Positions 1 to 8,282 of a stretch of DNA of 21,212 nucleotides are shown piece by piece. The notes beneath the pieces were generated by a model. That model was not told where the DNA came from. It saw only the letters and a list, made by a program, of their open reading frames with translations, and made no database searches. Position 1 is the first letter of the stretch; each line of letters opens with the position of its first letter. The stretch comes from Candidatus Latescibacterota bacterium (GTDB taxonomy: Bacteria > Latescibacterota > UBA2968 > GCA-2709665), in NCBI GenBank assembly GCA_963662665.2, contig CAXXJS010000039.1, positions 1 to 21,212 on the forward strand, given 5' to 3'. The translations under genes were made by a program, and so were the position numbers.

Positions 1-702
1 GATGTGACTCGACAGGTTCTGATGAACCATGCAGCTCTCATTTCAGCCTCGCTGGACACAGTCTATCGCCAGGCGGACGAGTTGACGTACGAGGCAGCGG
101 GCAACCAGGCCGGGGAAGGCATAGTGTTACCTGGCGTACTAAAGCTGAACCTGCCGCCCGGCGCCTACAGGCTGGAGGTGAAGTCGCAGGACCGTCTGAG
201 AGGGCAAATGGGTATCTATCAGCAGCAGGTCATGGTGGAGCCCTATGGCGAAGACGGCTTGCAGATCAGCGACCTGGAACTGGCCTGGCAGGTTGGCGAA
301 GTCAGAAAATCCGGAAAGTTCAAAAAGGGAGACCTATATGTAGTCCCGATGCCCTCCCGAACTTACAAGATGGGCCAGAGCGTATTCGTCTATTACGAAA
401 TCTACAACTTGAGCAGGAATGAGTTCGGACAGACGAATTACAACGTCTCCTACACGATCACATCCAGGGAAACACCGGGCACCGTGAGCAACATCTCCCG
501 ACTGTTCCGGTGGGAAGCCGGCAAGAGAGAAGAACTGGCCGTTACGTACGAACAGCAGGGTGATGCTGACCAGGAAGTAGAATACGTGGAATTGGCGCTG
601 GATGAACAGGTTCCGGGCCGATACTCGCTGAAGGTTTCGATCAACGATATGAACAGCGGCGAGCGGGCGGAGAAAGACGTGGTCTTCGTCATTTCGCTAT
701 AG
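1..702 (+). CDS. C-terminal part of a large protein, probably GWxTD-domain family (5'-partial)
   Basis: The frame is open from the window edge. The beta-rich Ig-like segments 'LPPGAYRLEVK', 'LQISDLELA' and 'VFVYYEIYNL...PGRYSLKVSIND' resemble GWxTD protein C-termini. The GWxTD motif itself is not in the window. Confidence 0.6.
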   Translation, partial: DVTRQVLMNHAALISASLDTVYRQADELTYEAAGNQAGEGIVLPGVLKLNLPPGAYRLEVKSQDRLRGQMGIYQQQVMVEPYGEDGLQISDLELAWQVGEVRKSGKFKKGDLYVVPMPSRTYKMGQSVFVYYEIYNLSRNEFGQTNYNVSYTITSRETPGTVSNISRLFRWEAGKREELAVTYEQQGDADQEVEYVELALDEQVPGRYSLKVSINDMNSGERAEKDVVFVISL

Positions 703-879
703 ACTTCCCTGCGTGCCGAAATATCGCGAGAAAACCTTCCCTCCGAGCTTGGCGGTATATTGGACGGAGAGGAAGAGACATAAGGCCGCCGCTCAATCCC
801 GAAAGCCCCAGACCCGCACCGCCTCCAAGACCGGAAACAACGCCACCGTCACCGCCCGGGCCACGAGAAAATAGATAAC

Positions 880-912
880 AAAGAAGCCGAGGCTTTCGCC
901 TCGGCTTCTTTG
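880..912. terminator. Bidirectional intrinsic terminator
   Basis: aaagaagccgaggc-tttc-gcctcggcttcttt is a perfect long stem with a 4-nt loop. It lies between the convergent GWxTD-like gene and the toxin-antitoxin operon. Confidence 0.8.
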
Positions 913-1040
913 TGCCTGTCACTTTCTCTTCTTACCGACGCTGATTTGAAAGACAGTCTTAGGCCTGCGTGTCGAGGCCCCTGCCTGGTGTCTCGTCCGG
1001 ATCGCGCCGGCTCACAACGATCACGCAGCATCTGTTCGCG

Positions 1041-1363
1041 TTATCTTCGATGCTTTCGGGTTTCCGTCTCTACCTTAGCCATATATTTTTCCATCCTCGG
1101 ATGATCTCCAATACATTTTATCAACGCTGTACCTTCTCGTACGGAAAAGGCTACCCGATACTGATCGTTCAAACGATACTTCTTGACATTTCCCACTTGC
1201 GCGATGTTTTTCCCGGTCCTGGGTACCTGACCGAGCCGGAGATCCCTAAACAACTCTTCGAGGCGTTTTTTTATATGATTTGGTAACTCTTTTTTACGTC
1301 CTTTCTGACATCGTTGTTGTGATACTGGATCTTTTGTACCGCTGGGAGAAACAATCCAGCCAC
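1041..1363 (-). CDS. RelE/ParE-superfamily toxin-like protein (~107 aa), split by a -1 frameshift near 1289-1295
   Basis: GTG at 1363 follows a GGAG SD and lies 2 nt after the upstream stop. It reads MAGLFLPAVQKIQYHNNDVRKDVKK, then hits TAA at 1273-1271. The -1 frame continues ELPNHIKKRLEELFRDL...KKYRLNDQYRVAFSVREGTALIKCIGDH, which resembles the RelE/HigB/YafQ C-terminal core. Confidence 0.65.
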
Positions 1364-1365
1364 AC

Positions 1366-1857
1366 CTATCTCCACATATCGGCTATTGCCTTGTCTACGG
1401 AAATGGACTTCCCCGTGGCGAGCTGATTTTCCCGATGTAAAATCAACAGGGTCCAGCTAACCTCCTGGAGGAGGGCGCCATAGGCTTCAATATTCTCATC
1501 CACCGCTTTGAATTTATCGTAAATTCCGGGGTGGTTCTCCTTAATTTTCACTCCAAGATCCATCCAAGTTTCTCTGCGCACTGACTTACCGGCTTCATCC
1601 AGGCCAGCAATAGCCTTTTCCACGTCACCTTCGCGGCACATAGATTTGTAATTTCCCGGGTTCTGTTCAAGCAGCTTCAAAAACTCACGCCAATCAGACA
1701 TGGCATTTAAAACTGCATCATTAGTATTTTCGAAATTTCGGTAAATCTCGCCTAAAACTGAGGAGCGCGACAATGCATCCATGTTTTCACGCGCTGAACG
1801 ATCTATCAGAGACGACACTTCTCCGGCAACCGGCACATCCATGACAGCTACGCCCAT
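1366..1857 (-). CDS. Hypothetical helical protein, putative antitoxin (163 aa)
   Basis: A GGAG SD lies 6 nt before the ATG and the ORF is tightly coupled to the toxin ORF. The C-terminal 'GKSISVDKAIADMW' recalls the beta-strand plus helix tail of RelE-binding antitoxins. Confidence 0.55.
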   Translation of the reverse strand: MGVAVMDVPVAGEVSSLIDRSARENMDALSRSSVLGEIYRNFENTNDAVLNAMSDWREFLKLLEQNPGNYKSMCREGDVEKAIAGLDEAGKSVRRETWMDLGVKIKENHPGIYDKFKAVDENIEAYGALLQEVSWTLLILHRENQLATGKSISVDKAIADMWR

Positions 1858-1918
1858 GTCTTACTCCATGCGGTTTGTATTGCACATCCATCTTCCCGCG
1901 ACCCCGACTACCCGTGGC

Positions 1919-1971
1919 GCACTTGCAACAAGCGCTCTGAAAAGTATTGCTGAGAACATAGACCAAGTCAA
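1919..1971 (-). promoter_or_regulatory. Putative sigma70 promoter plus inverted repeat (operator candidate) for the TA operon
   Basis: On the minus strand: TTGACT (1971-1966), 17 nt, AATACT (1948-1943). An imperfect inverted repeat gc-a-cttg-caa-caag-c-gc sits at 1919-1935 near the predicted +1. Confidence 0.35.
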
Positions 1972-2128
1972 CTCAATTGATGTGGTTGTCCGATAGGCAA
2001 CGGGGTTCTATCCTAAATTCGCATAATATCGCCACTTTTTCGTAGAGCCACAGAAACGAGTCCGCGGCGCCCAACGACCGCCAAGGCAAGTCGCTTAAGG
2101 GAAAGTCCGACCCGTACATCGCGCGGGT

Positions 2129-2959
2129 TTACGGAATGATCTCCTCTTCCCGGAGAAAGCGTTCGACTTCGGCCCAGAAGGCCGGCCAGTCTGGAGGGCA
2201 GTTGTTATGCCCTGCCTCGTAGGTGATGAGACTGCCGCGCCCCGACGCCTCACGCAGCGCGACGCCGTGGCTGTACGGGATCAGATTATCCCGCGTGCCA
2301 TGCGCGATGAGAACCGGTCCCGCGTAGTTCCTCAATGTCTTCAGATTGTCAAACGGGTCGCGGGCGAAGAACGGGGGGACGAAGAATTTCTCCGCGGCCA
2401 TGGCGTTGACGCTCTTGAAGGTGGAAATCAGCACCAGCGCCACGGGCGGGCGTTCGGCCGCGAGCGCGCACACCACGCCCCCACCGAGCGAGCGCCCCAT
2501 GAATACGATCCGATCCGTGTCAACGTCGTCTCGTCCGGCCAGTGTGTCGTACGCGGCCACAAAGACTTCGGTGACGCTGGCCTGGGTTGGCGACCCCTCG
2601 GACCGTCCGTAACCGGGGTATTCCACGAGCAGGACGGCGAATCCCAGACGTCTTAGAGCCGTCATTTCGCCGACCCAGTGGTCGATGAGTTCAGCGTTGC
2701 CGTGGGCGACGACGACCGCCGGAGCAGGGCCTGTCTCGGCTTCGGGCCGGAGCAGCCAGGTTTCCGTTCGACCGGCGCGCGTTTCCAGCCAGATGCGTTC
2801 GATTCCCGGCACATCCGTAGTGGCGCTGGGCGGGATCCGGACCAGGTGTCGCGGAAATATGAAGCGGCGCTGTGCGAAGAAAAGGACGGCGCCGTAGAAG
2901 ACGTAGAGCGCCAGGCCGCCGAGGAGGATCCGGATCAGGACTTGGAGTTTGGTATCCAT
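2129..2959 (-). CDS. Alpha/beta hydrolase (ABHD13/Bem46-like) with N-terminal membrane anchor
   Basis: HGNAE oxyanion motif, EYPGYG, GRSLGG nucleophile elbow, HGTRD Asp and GHN His. The N-terminus is hydrophobic. Confidence 0.92.
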   Translation of the reverse strand: MDTKLQVLIRILLGGLALYVFYGAVLFFAQRRFIFPRHLVRIPPSATTDVPGIERIWLETRAGRTETWLLRPEAETGPAPAVVVAHGNAELIDHWVGEMTALRRLGFAVLLVEYPGYGRSEGSPTQASVTEVFVAAYDTLAGRDDVDTDRIVFMGRSLGGGVVCALAAERPPVALVLISTFKSVNAMAAEKFFVPPFFARDPFDNLKTLRNYAGPVLIAHGTRDNLIPYSHGVALREASGRGSLITYEAGHNNCPPDWPAFWAEVERFLREEEIIP

Positions 2960-2974
2960 ATTTTCACAAAGGCG

Positions 2975-3009
2975 AAAAAGGCCCCGGAGGGAAATTCACC
3001 GGGGCTTTT
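2975..3009. terminator. Intrinsic terminator of the minus-strand PhyH gene
   Basis: aaaaag-gccccgg...ccggggc-tttt hairpin about 30 nt downstream of the stop at 3039. Confidence 0.7.
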
Positions 3010-3038
3010 ATAGTTGGGCGCTAGAATCGTTGTGTGCG

Positions 3039-3905
3039 TCAGCAGGTGACGTCCTTGCCCTCGCTGCCGAATACGGCCAGCCGTTCTTGCGAAGTGCTTG
3101 CCTTCACGCGTGCCGGGAAATAGTGGAGTTGGAGGGCGCGGCGTCGATGGGGCGTGTTGTTGGCGGGCGTGCCGTGATGGATCAGGCCGGACCAGATAAG
3201 GCAGCCGCCGGGCTTGAGCGGGACCGCCACAACGCGGTCTCGGACCACGTGCGTATCGCAAAGCTGCCAGTCGCGACGCTTGAAATGAACCACGGGACCC
3301 CGCAGATGCGTGCCGGGTATCACCCTCATGCATCCGTTTTCGGGCGTGGCGCTGTCCAGGGAAATCCACATGCTTACGATGGGGGTGCCCATCGGCAGAT
3401 TGAAATAGGCGTGGTCCTGGTGCCAGGGTTTTTCACGTCCAACCAGCGGCGGTTTGAGGATGGCCTGGTGGGAATAGAGCGCCGGTTCCTCGCCGATGAT
3501 CCGCCCCATGATATCCAGGATTTTCGGGTGTTCGGCCACAGCGGTCAGGCGGTGGTCGTAACCCATGAAATACTGGAGCTTGCGAACGGCGTCCCACCGT
3601 TCGTCGTCCGAAAGCGCATGCAGGGTGTCCTTGTAGCTTGACTCGAACTGAACGCCCTTGAATTCCGGATTCATGCCCTTGATGAGATCCATGAGGCCAT
3701 TCAACATGCCGTCGACCTCGGCGCTCTTGAAGGCATTCCTGACGGCCAGATAGCCGTTGCGGTGAAAGAAATCCACGTCCGCATCGGTGGCGGCATCCAG
3801 GCTTTCGATTCCTTCGTCGATTTCGTGGAATTCGTACAGGTCCTCGGTGTAGCCGCCGTCGTTAACGTAGTTGTCGAAGGCGGCCCTTTCAGCGGTCTGT
3901 TCCAT
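3039..3905 (-). CDS. Phytanoyl-CoA dioxygenase (PhyH) family Fe(II)/2OG dioxygenase
   Basis: FFHRNGYL, KPWHQD (HxD), WISLD..ENGCMRVIPGTH, distal His in IHHGT and RRAL. The start is moved to ATG 3905 (MEQTAE) on the basis of an AGGGGG SD. Confidence 0.92.
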   Translation of the reverse strand: MEQTAERAAFDNYVNDGGYTEDLYEFHEIDEGIESLDAATDADVDFFHRNGYLAVRNAFKSAEVDGMLNGLMDLIKGMNPEFKGVQFESSYKDTLHALSDDERWDAVRKLQYFMGYDHRLTAVAEHPKILDIMGRIIGEEPALYSHQAILKPPLVGREKPWHQDHAYFNLPMGTPIVSMWISLDSATPENGCMRVIPGTHLRGPVVHFKRRDWQLCDTHVVRDRVVAVPLKPGGCLIWSGLIHHGTPANNTPHRRRALQLHYFPARVKASTSQERLAVFGSEGKDVTC

Positions 3906-4024
3906 CGGTGTTTCCCCCTGGCGGAATCCGGTGTTCAGGCCACGGAACATCGGTCTGCAATTGGAATTGGACCGTCCTGCTCACCGTTTGTTCGGTCTTC
4001 AGGATGCATACATCGTCATATTCA

Positions 4025-4053
4025 AACCTAAACCAGGCGGGCTATTCTGTCAA
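4025..4053 (-). promoter_or_regulatory. Sigma70-like promoter for the PhyH gene
   Basis: TTGACA (4053-4048), 17 nt, TAGGTT (4030-4025) on the minus strand. Confidence 0.55.
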
Positions 4054-4080
4054 CCCAAAACGGGATCACGGGGTAACCTC

Positions 4081-4109
4081 TTGCGTTCGCCCTCCGCTGA
4101 CCTTATCTT
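4081..4109 (+). promoter_or_regulatory. Sigma70-like promoter toward the aldo/keto reductase (divergent pair)
   Basis: TTGCGT, 17 nt, TATCTT. Confidence 0.45.
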
Positions 4110-4245
4110 CACGGTCCGCAGCTGTCAGCTTTAAGCAAAACCGCAAACCGAACAGCAAAACCCTAGCGCGGCTTCGCTATGCTCAGCCGCAACCAAACAG
4201 GTGGCAATGATCGGGCGAGCCCGGGGCGGGGTGGTCCGGATAGTC

Positions 4246-4270
4246 GGGCAACCACAAGGGTTGCCCCTAC
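4246..4270 (-). repeat. GTAG-type REP palindrome
   Basis: The minus strand reads GTAG-GGGCAACCCTTGTGGTTGCCC. A 27-bp stretch (4247-4273) is identical to 18179-18205. Confidence 0.8.
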
Positions 4271-4311
4271 AAATGTGACGTAAGCGCAAGGGTTGAGGGT
4301 GGTAGGGTGGT

Positions 4312-4334
4312 CCTCTCACCTCTCACCTCTCACC
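4312..4334. repeat. Heptamer tandem repeat (cctctca) x3
   Basis: Directly visible as cctctca-cctctca-cctctca-cc. Confidence 0.75.
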
Positions 4335-4368
4335 TGTTACATCTTACGCTCTTATTGGAGGTTTCACA

Positions 4369-5256
4369 ATGGAGACACGCACGCTTGGCACGACGGACAT
4401 GGAAGTCACCCGCCTGGGGTTCGGCGGCGCCAGGATCGGACTTGAAGACGTTGATCCCGGCCGGGTGGGGAGACTGCTCAACCGGGTGCTGGATGACGGG
4501 ATCACGTTGATCGATACGGCGGCGTGCTATCACAACAGCGAGGAACTGATCGGCCGGTACATCGGTGGGCGGCGGGATGAATACGTGCTGGCCACGAAGT
4601 GCGGACACGTGACCGGGGACGCTGCCGGGGAACCGTGGTCGAGCGATGTGATCGAGGAAAGCATCGACCGGTCGTTGCAGCGCCTGAAGACGGATTACGT
4701 CGACCTGGTCCAGCTCCACACCTGCTCGGCCGACGTGCTCAGGACGGGAGAAGCCGTGGACGCGGTGATGCGGGCGAAGGAGGCGGGCAAGACTCGGTAC
4801 GTGGGATACAGCGGCGACGGAGAAGATGCGCTGGTGGCGATCCGGATGGGGGTATTCAGCACCCTCCAGACCTCGTTCAACCTGGTGGACCAGAAAGGAC
4901 GCTCGAACGTGCTGCCGGAGGCACAGGCGGCGGGGATGGGCGTGATTGCCAAGAGACCGATTGCGAACGGGGCGATCGGGCAGTCGGCGTCGCCGTACGG
5001 TTACGCCGATTCCTACTGGGAACGCGCGCAACAGCTTGCGATTCCGGATGGCGCCCCCGGGGATCCCATAGAACTTTCGCTACGTTTCACGCTTTCGCAG
5101 GGTGCCATCGATACGGCCATCGTGGGAACGACGAATCCGGATCACGCCAGGGATAACCTGGCACTGACGGCGAACGGACCGCTCGACGACGAGGTACTGG
5201 ATGCATTCTACGGACAGTTCGATGCGCTCGGCGCGGAGTGGAACTCGTTGACGTGA
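4369..5256 (+). CDS. Aldo/keto reductase
   Basis: LGFGG, IDTAACY, SEELIG, LATKCG, SLQRLKTDYVDLVQLH; GGAGG SD. Confidence 0.95.
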   Translation: METRTLGTTDMEVTRLGFGGARIGLEDVDPGRVGRLLNRVLDDGITLIDTAACYHNSEELIGRYIGGRRDEYVLATKCGHVTGDAAGEPWSSDVIEESIDRSLQRLKTDYVDLVQLHTCSADVLRTGEAVDAVMRAKEAGKTRYVGYSGDGEDALVAIRMGVFSTLQTSFNLVDQKGRSNVLPEAQAAGMGVIAKRPIANGAIGQSASPYGYADSYWERAQQLAIPDGAPGDPIELSLRFTLSQGAIDTAIVGTTNPDHARDNLALTANGPLDDEVLDAFYGQFDALGAEWNSLT

Positions 5257-5297
5257 AGCGCGCCTGAAGGTCGCCTCAACGCAATCCCGGACGCCTT

Positions 5298-6137
5298 CTA
5301 ACGGCGATCCCAGCGGCTGGGATTGATACCGGAGGCTTCGCTTGCCATGTCGGCGGGTTTGTTACCGCCCTGGAAGTCCCAGTGGCGGGTGTTGGGATCG
5401 GCAAACAGGGGACGGACGGATTCGGGCAGGGCATTGAGGTCGGCTTCGTCCCAGGCCGGTACTTCTGCAACAGGCCCCGCCCAGGCGGGGCGGTAGGCGA
5501 TGGCCAGCATTTCACGGGCATGGGCGCCGGTGTTCGGGAAGTTCCCGTGGAAGACTTTGTGGTTGATCAGTACGGCGCCGCCGGATTTGACGGGGACCAT
5601 TACCTGTTCGGGATGGTCCCCGTAGCGTTTATAGGGGTTGGCGTCGGCGTGCATGGACAGATGAGAGCGGGGTATAACGCGGAAGGGAGAGACGTCACGC
5701 GTGAGGTCGTCCAGGTAATAGAGCACCCTCACCATGAACGGTACGCTGCCGCCGTAGCCGAAGATCCGGGAGCCGTAGGGCTGGCCATCGGTGTGGAGAC
5801 TGATGCCGGGATGGCCGGGTTCGGAGCGGGCGTACGTGCAGGACATAAAGATGGTCTCGCCGCCGAAGAGTTCGTTCAGGAAGGCAAGGGTGGGAGGATG
5901 GGCGATGAGGTCGGTGATGGGACCGCCCGTGAACTGCAGGTTCGGACAGACCTGCTGGTGGACGCTGTAGTCCACAGCGCGGGTCTCCAGCCTGGCGGTC
6001 TCGGCCTTTAGCGCGCCCACGTGCCCGGGCCGAAGCAGATCGGGCAGGACGAGGTATCCGTCGAATTCTATCTGGCGAATGCGTTCGCCCAGCGTGAGTC
6101 TGGACCAGTCGCGGTCGTCCACCCGGACGGCGTCCAT
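5298..6137 (-). CDS. PhyH-family dioxygenase
   Basis: FDGYLVLPDLL, LHTDG (HxD), YYLDDL..PFRVIPRSH, VFHGNFPN. Confidence 0.88.
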   Translation of the reverse strand: MDAVRVDDRDWSRLTLGERIRQIEFDGYLVLPDLLRPGHVGALKAETARLETRAVDYSVHQQVCPNLQFTGGPITDLIAHPPTLAFLNELFGGETIFMSCTYARSEPGHPGISLHTDGQPYGSRIFGYGGSVPFMVRVLYYLDDLTRDVSPFRVIPRSHLSMHADANPYKRYGDHPEQVMVPVKSGGAVLINHKVFHGNFPNTGAHAREMLAIAYRPAWAGPVAEVPAWDEADLNALPESVRPLFADPNTRHWDFQGGNKPADMASEASGINPSRWDRR

Positions 6138-6227
6138 GCCGGGCCTTTCCGATTGGATTGGAAAACAAACCGGGGCGGCGATGTTCGTTCTGCCCCCGCG
6201 TGACTCGGGAGCAAAACCGAACGCGAT

Positions 6228-7295
6228 TCAGACCCGGTACTTCTCGACTTTGGATTCGTCGACTTCCACGCCAAGGCCGGGGCCGAGAGGAACTTTCAAC
6301 TGTCCGTTTTCGAACCTGAACGGTTCGGCGAGAACGTCGTCGATCAGACCGTGGTAACAGGTGTCGTTGGGACCGGAGAAGTTGGGCGTAGAAGCGGCCA
6401 AATGAGTAATCGCGGCAGTTTTGAGGCCCAGGTCGTGCGAACAGTGCATCAGGCACGGGACCTCCCACGGCTCGGCCGCGTCGGCAATTTTTCTCACGCG
6501 AAGCAACGCGCCGGCGGCGGGGGTATCCGGCATCAGGGAGTCGGCGCAGCCTGCTTCCAGGAAGGGCCGGATGCTGTCGGGCAGGGCCACGCCTCCGTTC
6601 ACGAGGACGTGAGTGCCCACTTCCTCCCGCACCCGCGCCAGCGTTTCCACGTGTTCGGTGTGACACGGGTCTTCAAAGTGCCCGACGCCCAGATCCGCCA
6701 TTTTCCTCATAATCTCCACCGTCTCTTCCGGCGGGTAACCGCCGTTCGCATCCGGACGGAATACGGCTTCGTCGCCGATTTCCTTACAGGCCGCTTCGGC
6801 GATGGCCAGGTCCTGCGCGGGGTCGTTGCCGGCTTTCGTCTTGATAACGCGGAATCCCCACCGGTCGATGTACTCACGGGCCGTGGCGGCGGACTGTTCG
6901 GGTTCCTTCAGGCCCAGGCACGCGGTGAAGTCAACTTCCGTACGTACGATGCCACCCATCAGGCGGCAGACGGGCAGCCCGGCGTGCTTGCCGAGGAGGT
7001 CCCAGAGCGCTATTTCGACCCCTGACATCGGGCCCCTGGGAATGCCCGCACTATCCATGAGGCCAATTGCCTTTTCGATGTCGGAAACGTGGACGCCTGA
7101 CAGGACCGCGTTCGGGTCCGTTTCGAAGCCGCCGGTGCCCTCGCCCCAGCCAATCAGACCCGAATCGGATTCGATTCTGACGATAAGGCCGGTTCCACCC
7201 AGCGTGCCGCCTCCGGCGCCGCGACCCACGTACGGCCCGACGGGCGCCGCGTAGGGGATGCTGACCGTGGTCGCGGTGATGTTTTTGATGATCAT
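6228..7295 (-). CDS. Enolase-superfamily (mandelate racemase/muconate lactonizing-like) enzyme, glucarate-dehydratase-related
   Basis: GWGE, EIALWDLLGK..GLPV..LMGG, KTK, RPDANG, FEDP and GPGLGVEVD. Confidence 0.9.
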   Translation of the reverse strand: MIIKNITATTVSIPYAAPVGPYVGRGAGGGTLGGTGLIVRIESDSGLIGWGEGTGGFETDPNAVLSGVHVSDIEKAIGLMDSAGIPRGPMSGVEIALWDLLGKHAGLPVCRLMGGIVRTEVDFTACLGLKEPEQSAATAREYIDRWGFRVIKTKAGNDPAQDLAIAEAACKEIGDEAVFRPDANGGYPPEETVEIMRKMADLGVGHFEDPCHTEHVETLARVREEVGTHVLVNGGVALPDSIRPFLEAGCADSLMPDTPAAGALLRVRKIADAAEPWEVPCLMHCSHDLGLKTAAITHLAASTPNFSGPNDTCYHGLIDDVLAEPFRFENGQLKVPLGPGLGVEVDESKVEKYRV

Positions 7296-7458
7296 TGCAC
7301 AAATCCTTTTCGACGGGGACGCGAAATTCCAGGGTGCGCGGAACGGCCTGACGTCTGCGTGTAGCGATCAGAAAGAAACCTCAAGGGCTACATCTTCGCA
7401 ATGCCTTTGTTGTTACCCGATCCCGGCATGTGCGCATCGCCTCGTGTCGCTCAGACCG

Positions 7459-7896
7459 TCACTCGCACGACGTACCGGTTGCAGCCATATGCGTCTTGAT
7501 CTTGCCGGTCATCTCTTCCGCCGGATTCTTACGTGTCAGGGTCTCCACAACTGCTTTCTTTTCGGGATCGATGACCAGTACGAGGCCCGTCCTGTTGTTG
7601 GCTTTGAAAGGCTCCTCGATACCCAGGGCGGCGGCCAGCAGGCGGGACTGAGAGGTGCGTTTCGCGTCGGTCACGTCCATTTCAAGAAAAAGTACCGGCT
7701 TGTCCGCAAGCGACGTCCGGACCTCCTCGAGGACGGGTATAAGGGCCGTGCAGGCGCCGCACCAGTCGGCGTGTACCTTCACGACGTAGAGGGCCGGGTC
7801 GTCATCGCCCGGAACTTCGACGGTACCTGCAAAACCGGACCCGGAAACAAGAATCAGGGAAAGGGCTGCCAGGGTAAACGTGCTTCGGATGCGCAT
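7459..7896 (-). CDS. Exported thioredoxin-fold protein
   Basis: AAGGAG SD before ATG 7896, a signal-peptide-like N-terminus (MRIRSTFTLAALSLILVSGSGFA) and a HADWCGAC CxxC motif. Confidence 0.85.
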   Translation of the reverse strand: MRIRSTFTLAALSLILVSGSGFAGTVEVPGDDDPALYVVKVHADWCGACTALIPVLEEVRTSLADKPVLFLEMDVTDAKRTSQSRLLAAALGIEEPFKANNRTGLVLVIDPEKKAVVETLTRKNPAEEMTGKIKTHMAATGTSCE

Positions 7897-7984
7897 GAAC
7901 CAACTCCTTTGAGACGGATTGGAAACGGACCGGGCCGGCGGCCCAACGACTGGGCGCGCGACCGCGTCGAATCGGGGATTCTGG

Positions 7985-8054
7985 GAGGAAGCGCAACGCA
8001 GTAATTCGGCCACAAGGGCCGGCCGCAGCCCGGATGGACTTTTTCAAAGGGCTG
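7985..8054 (-). mobile_element. Partial copy of a miniature TIR element (MITE-like)
   Basis: The reverse complement matches 20581-20650 at 63 of 70 positions by manual alignment. The outer flank reads CTTAG on the minus strand. Confidence 0.7.
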
Positions 8055-8158
8055 CTAAGTATAGACGACCGTTGTGGCCCGCTGGTTCCGTGAATCGAAA
8101 CGATAAGCCCCAGGAGTCAGTCGCGCGCTCCACTCTTCGCGCCGTCGCGAACCGGCGC

Positions 8159-8186
8159 TTGATATTATCGGGTCCAGTGTTATATT
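8159..8186 (+). promoter_or_regulatory. Sigma70-like promoter for the VOC gene
   Basis: TTGATA, 16 nt, TATATT with an extended -10 TGn. Confidence 0.5.
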
Positions 8187-8282
8187 TTCCGTGGGCAGAC
8201 CTGCGGCTGCCCCCCGGCCTGACGAACTATATTGTCACAATTGCCGCGTGAGCCGTCGTCGACTTTCAGGGAGTGAAGAGAT

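Noticed and set aside
1041-1253. 70-aa toxin starting at TTG 1253 as a complete gene
   Set aside because: There is no convincing SD and it would lack the N-terminal strand and helix of a RelE fold. The upstream GTG 1363 is better supported.
2792-2812. GTTCGATTCC tRNA T-loop-like motif
   Set aside because: The flanks do not form a T-stem or cloverleaf, and it lies inside the hydrolase CDS.
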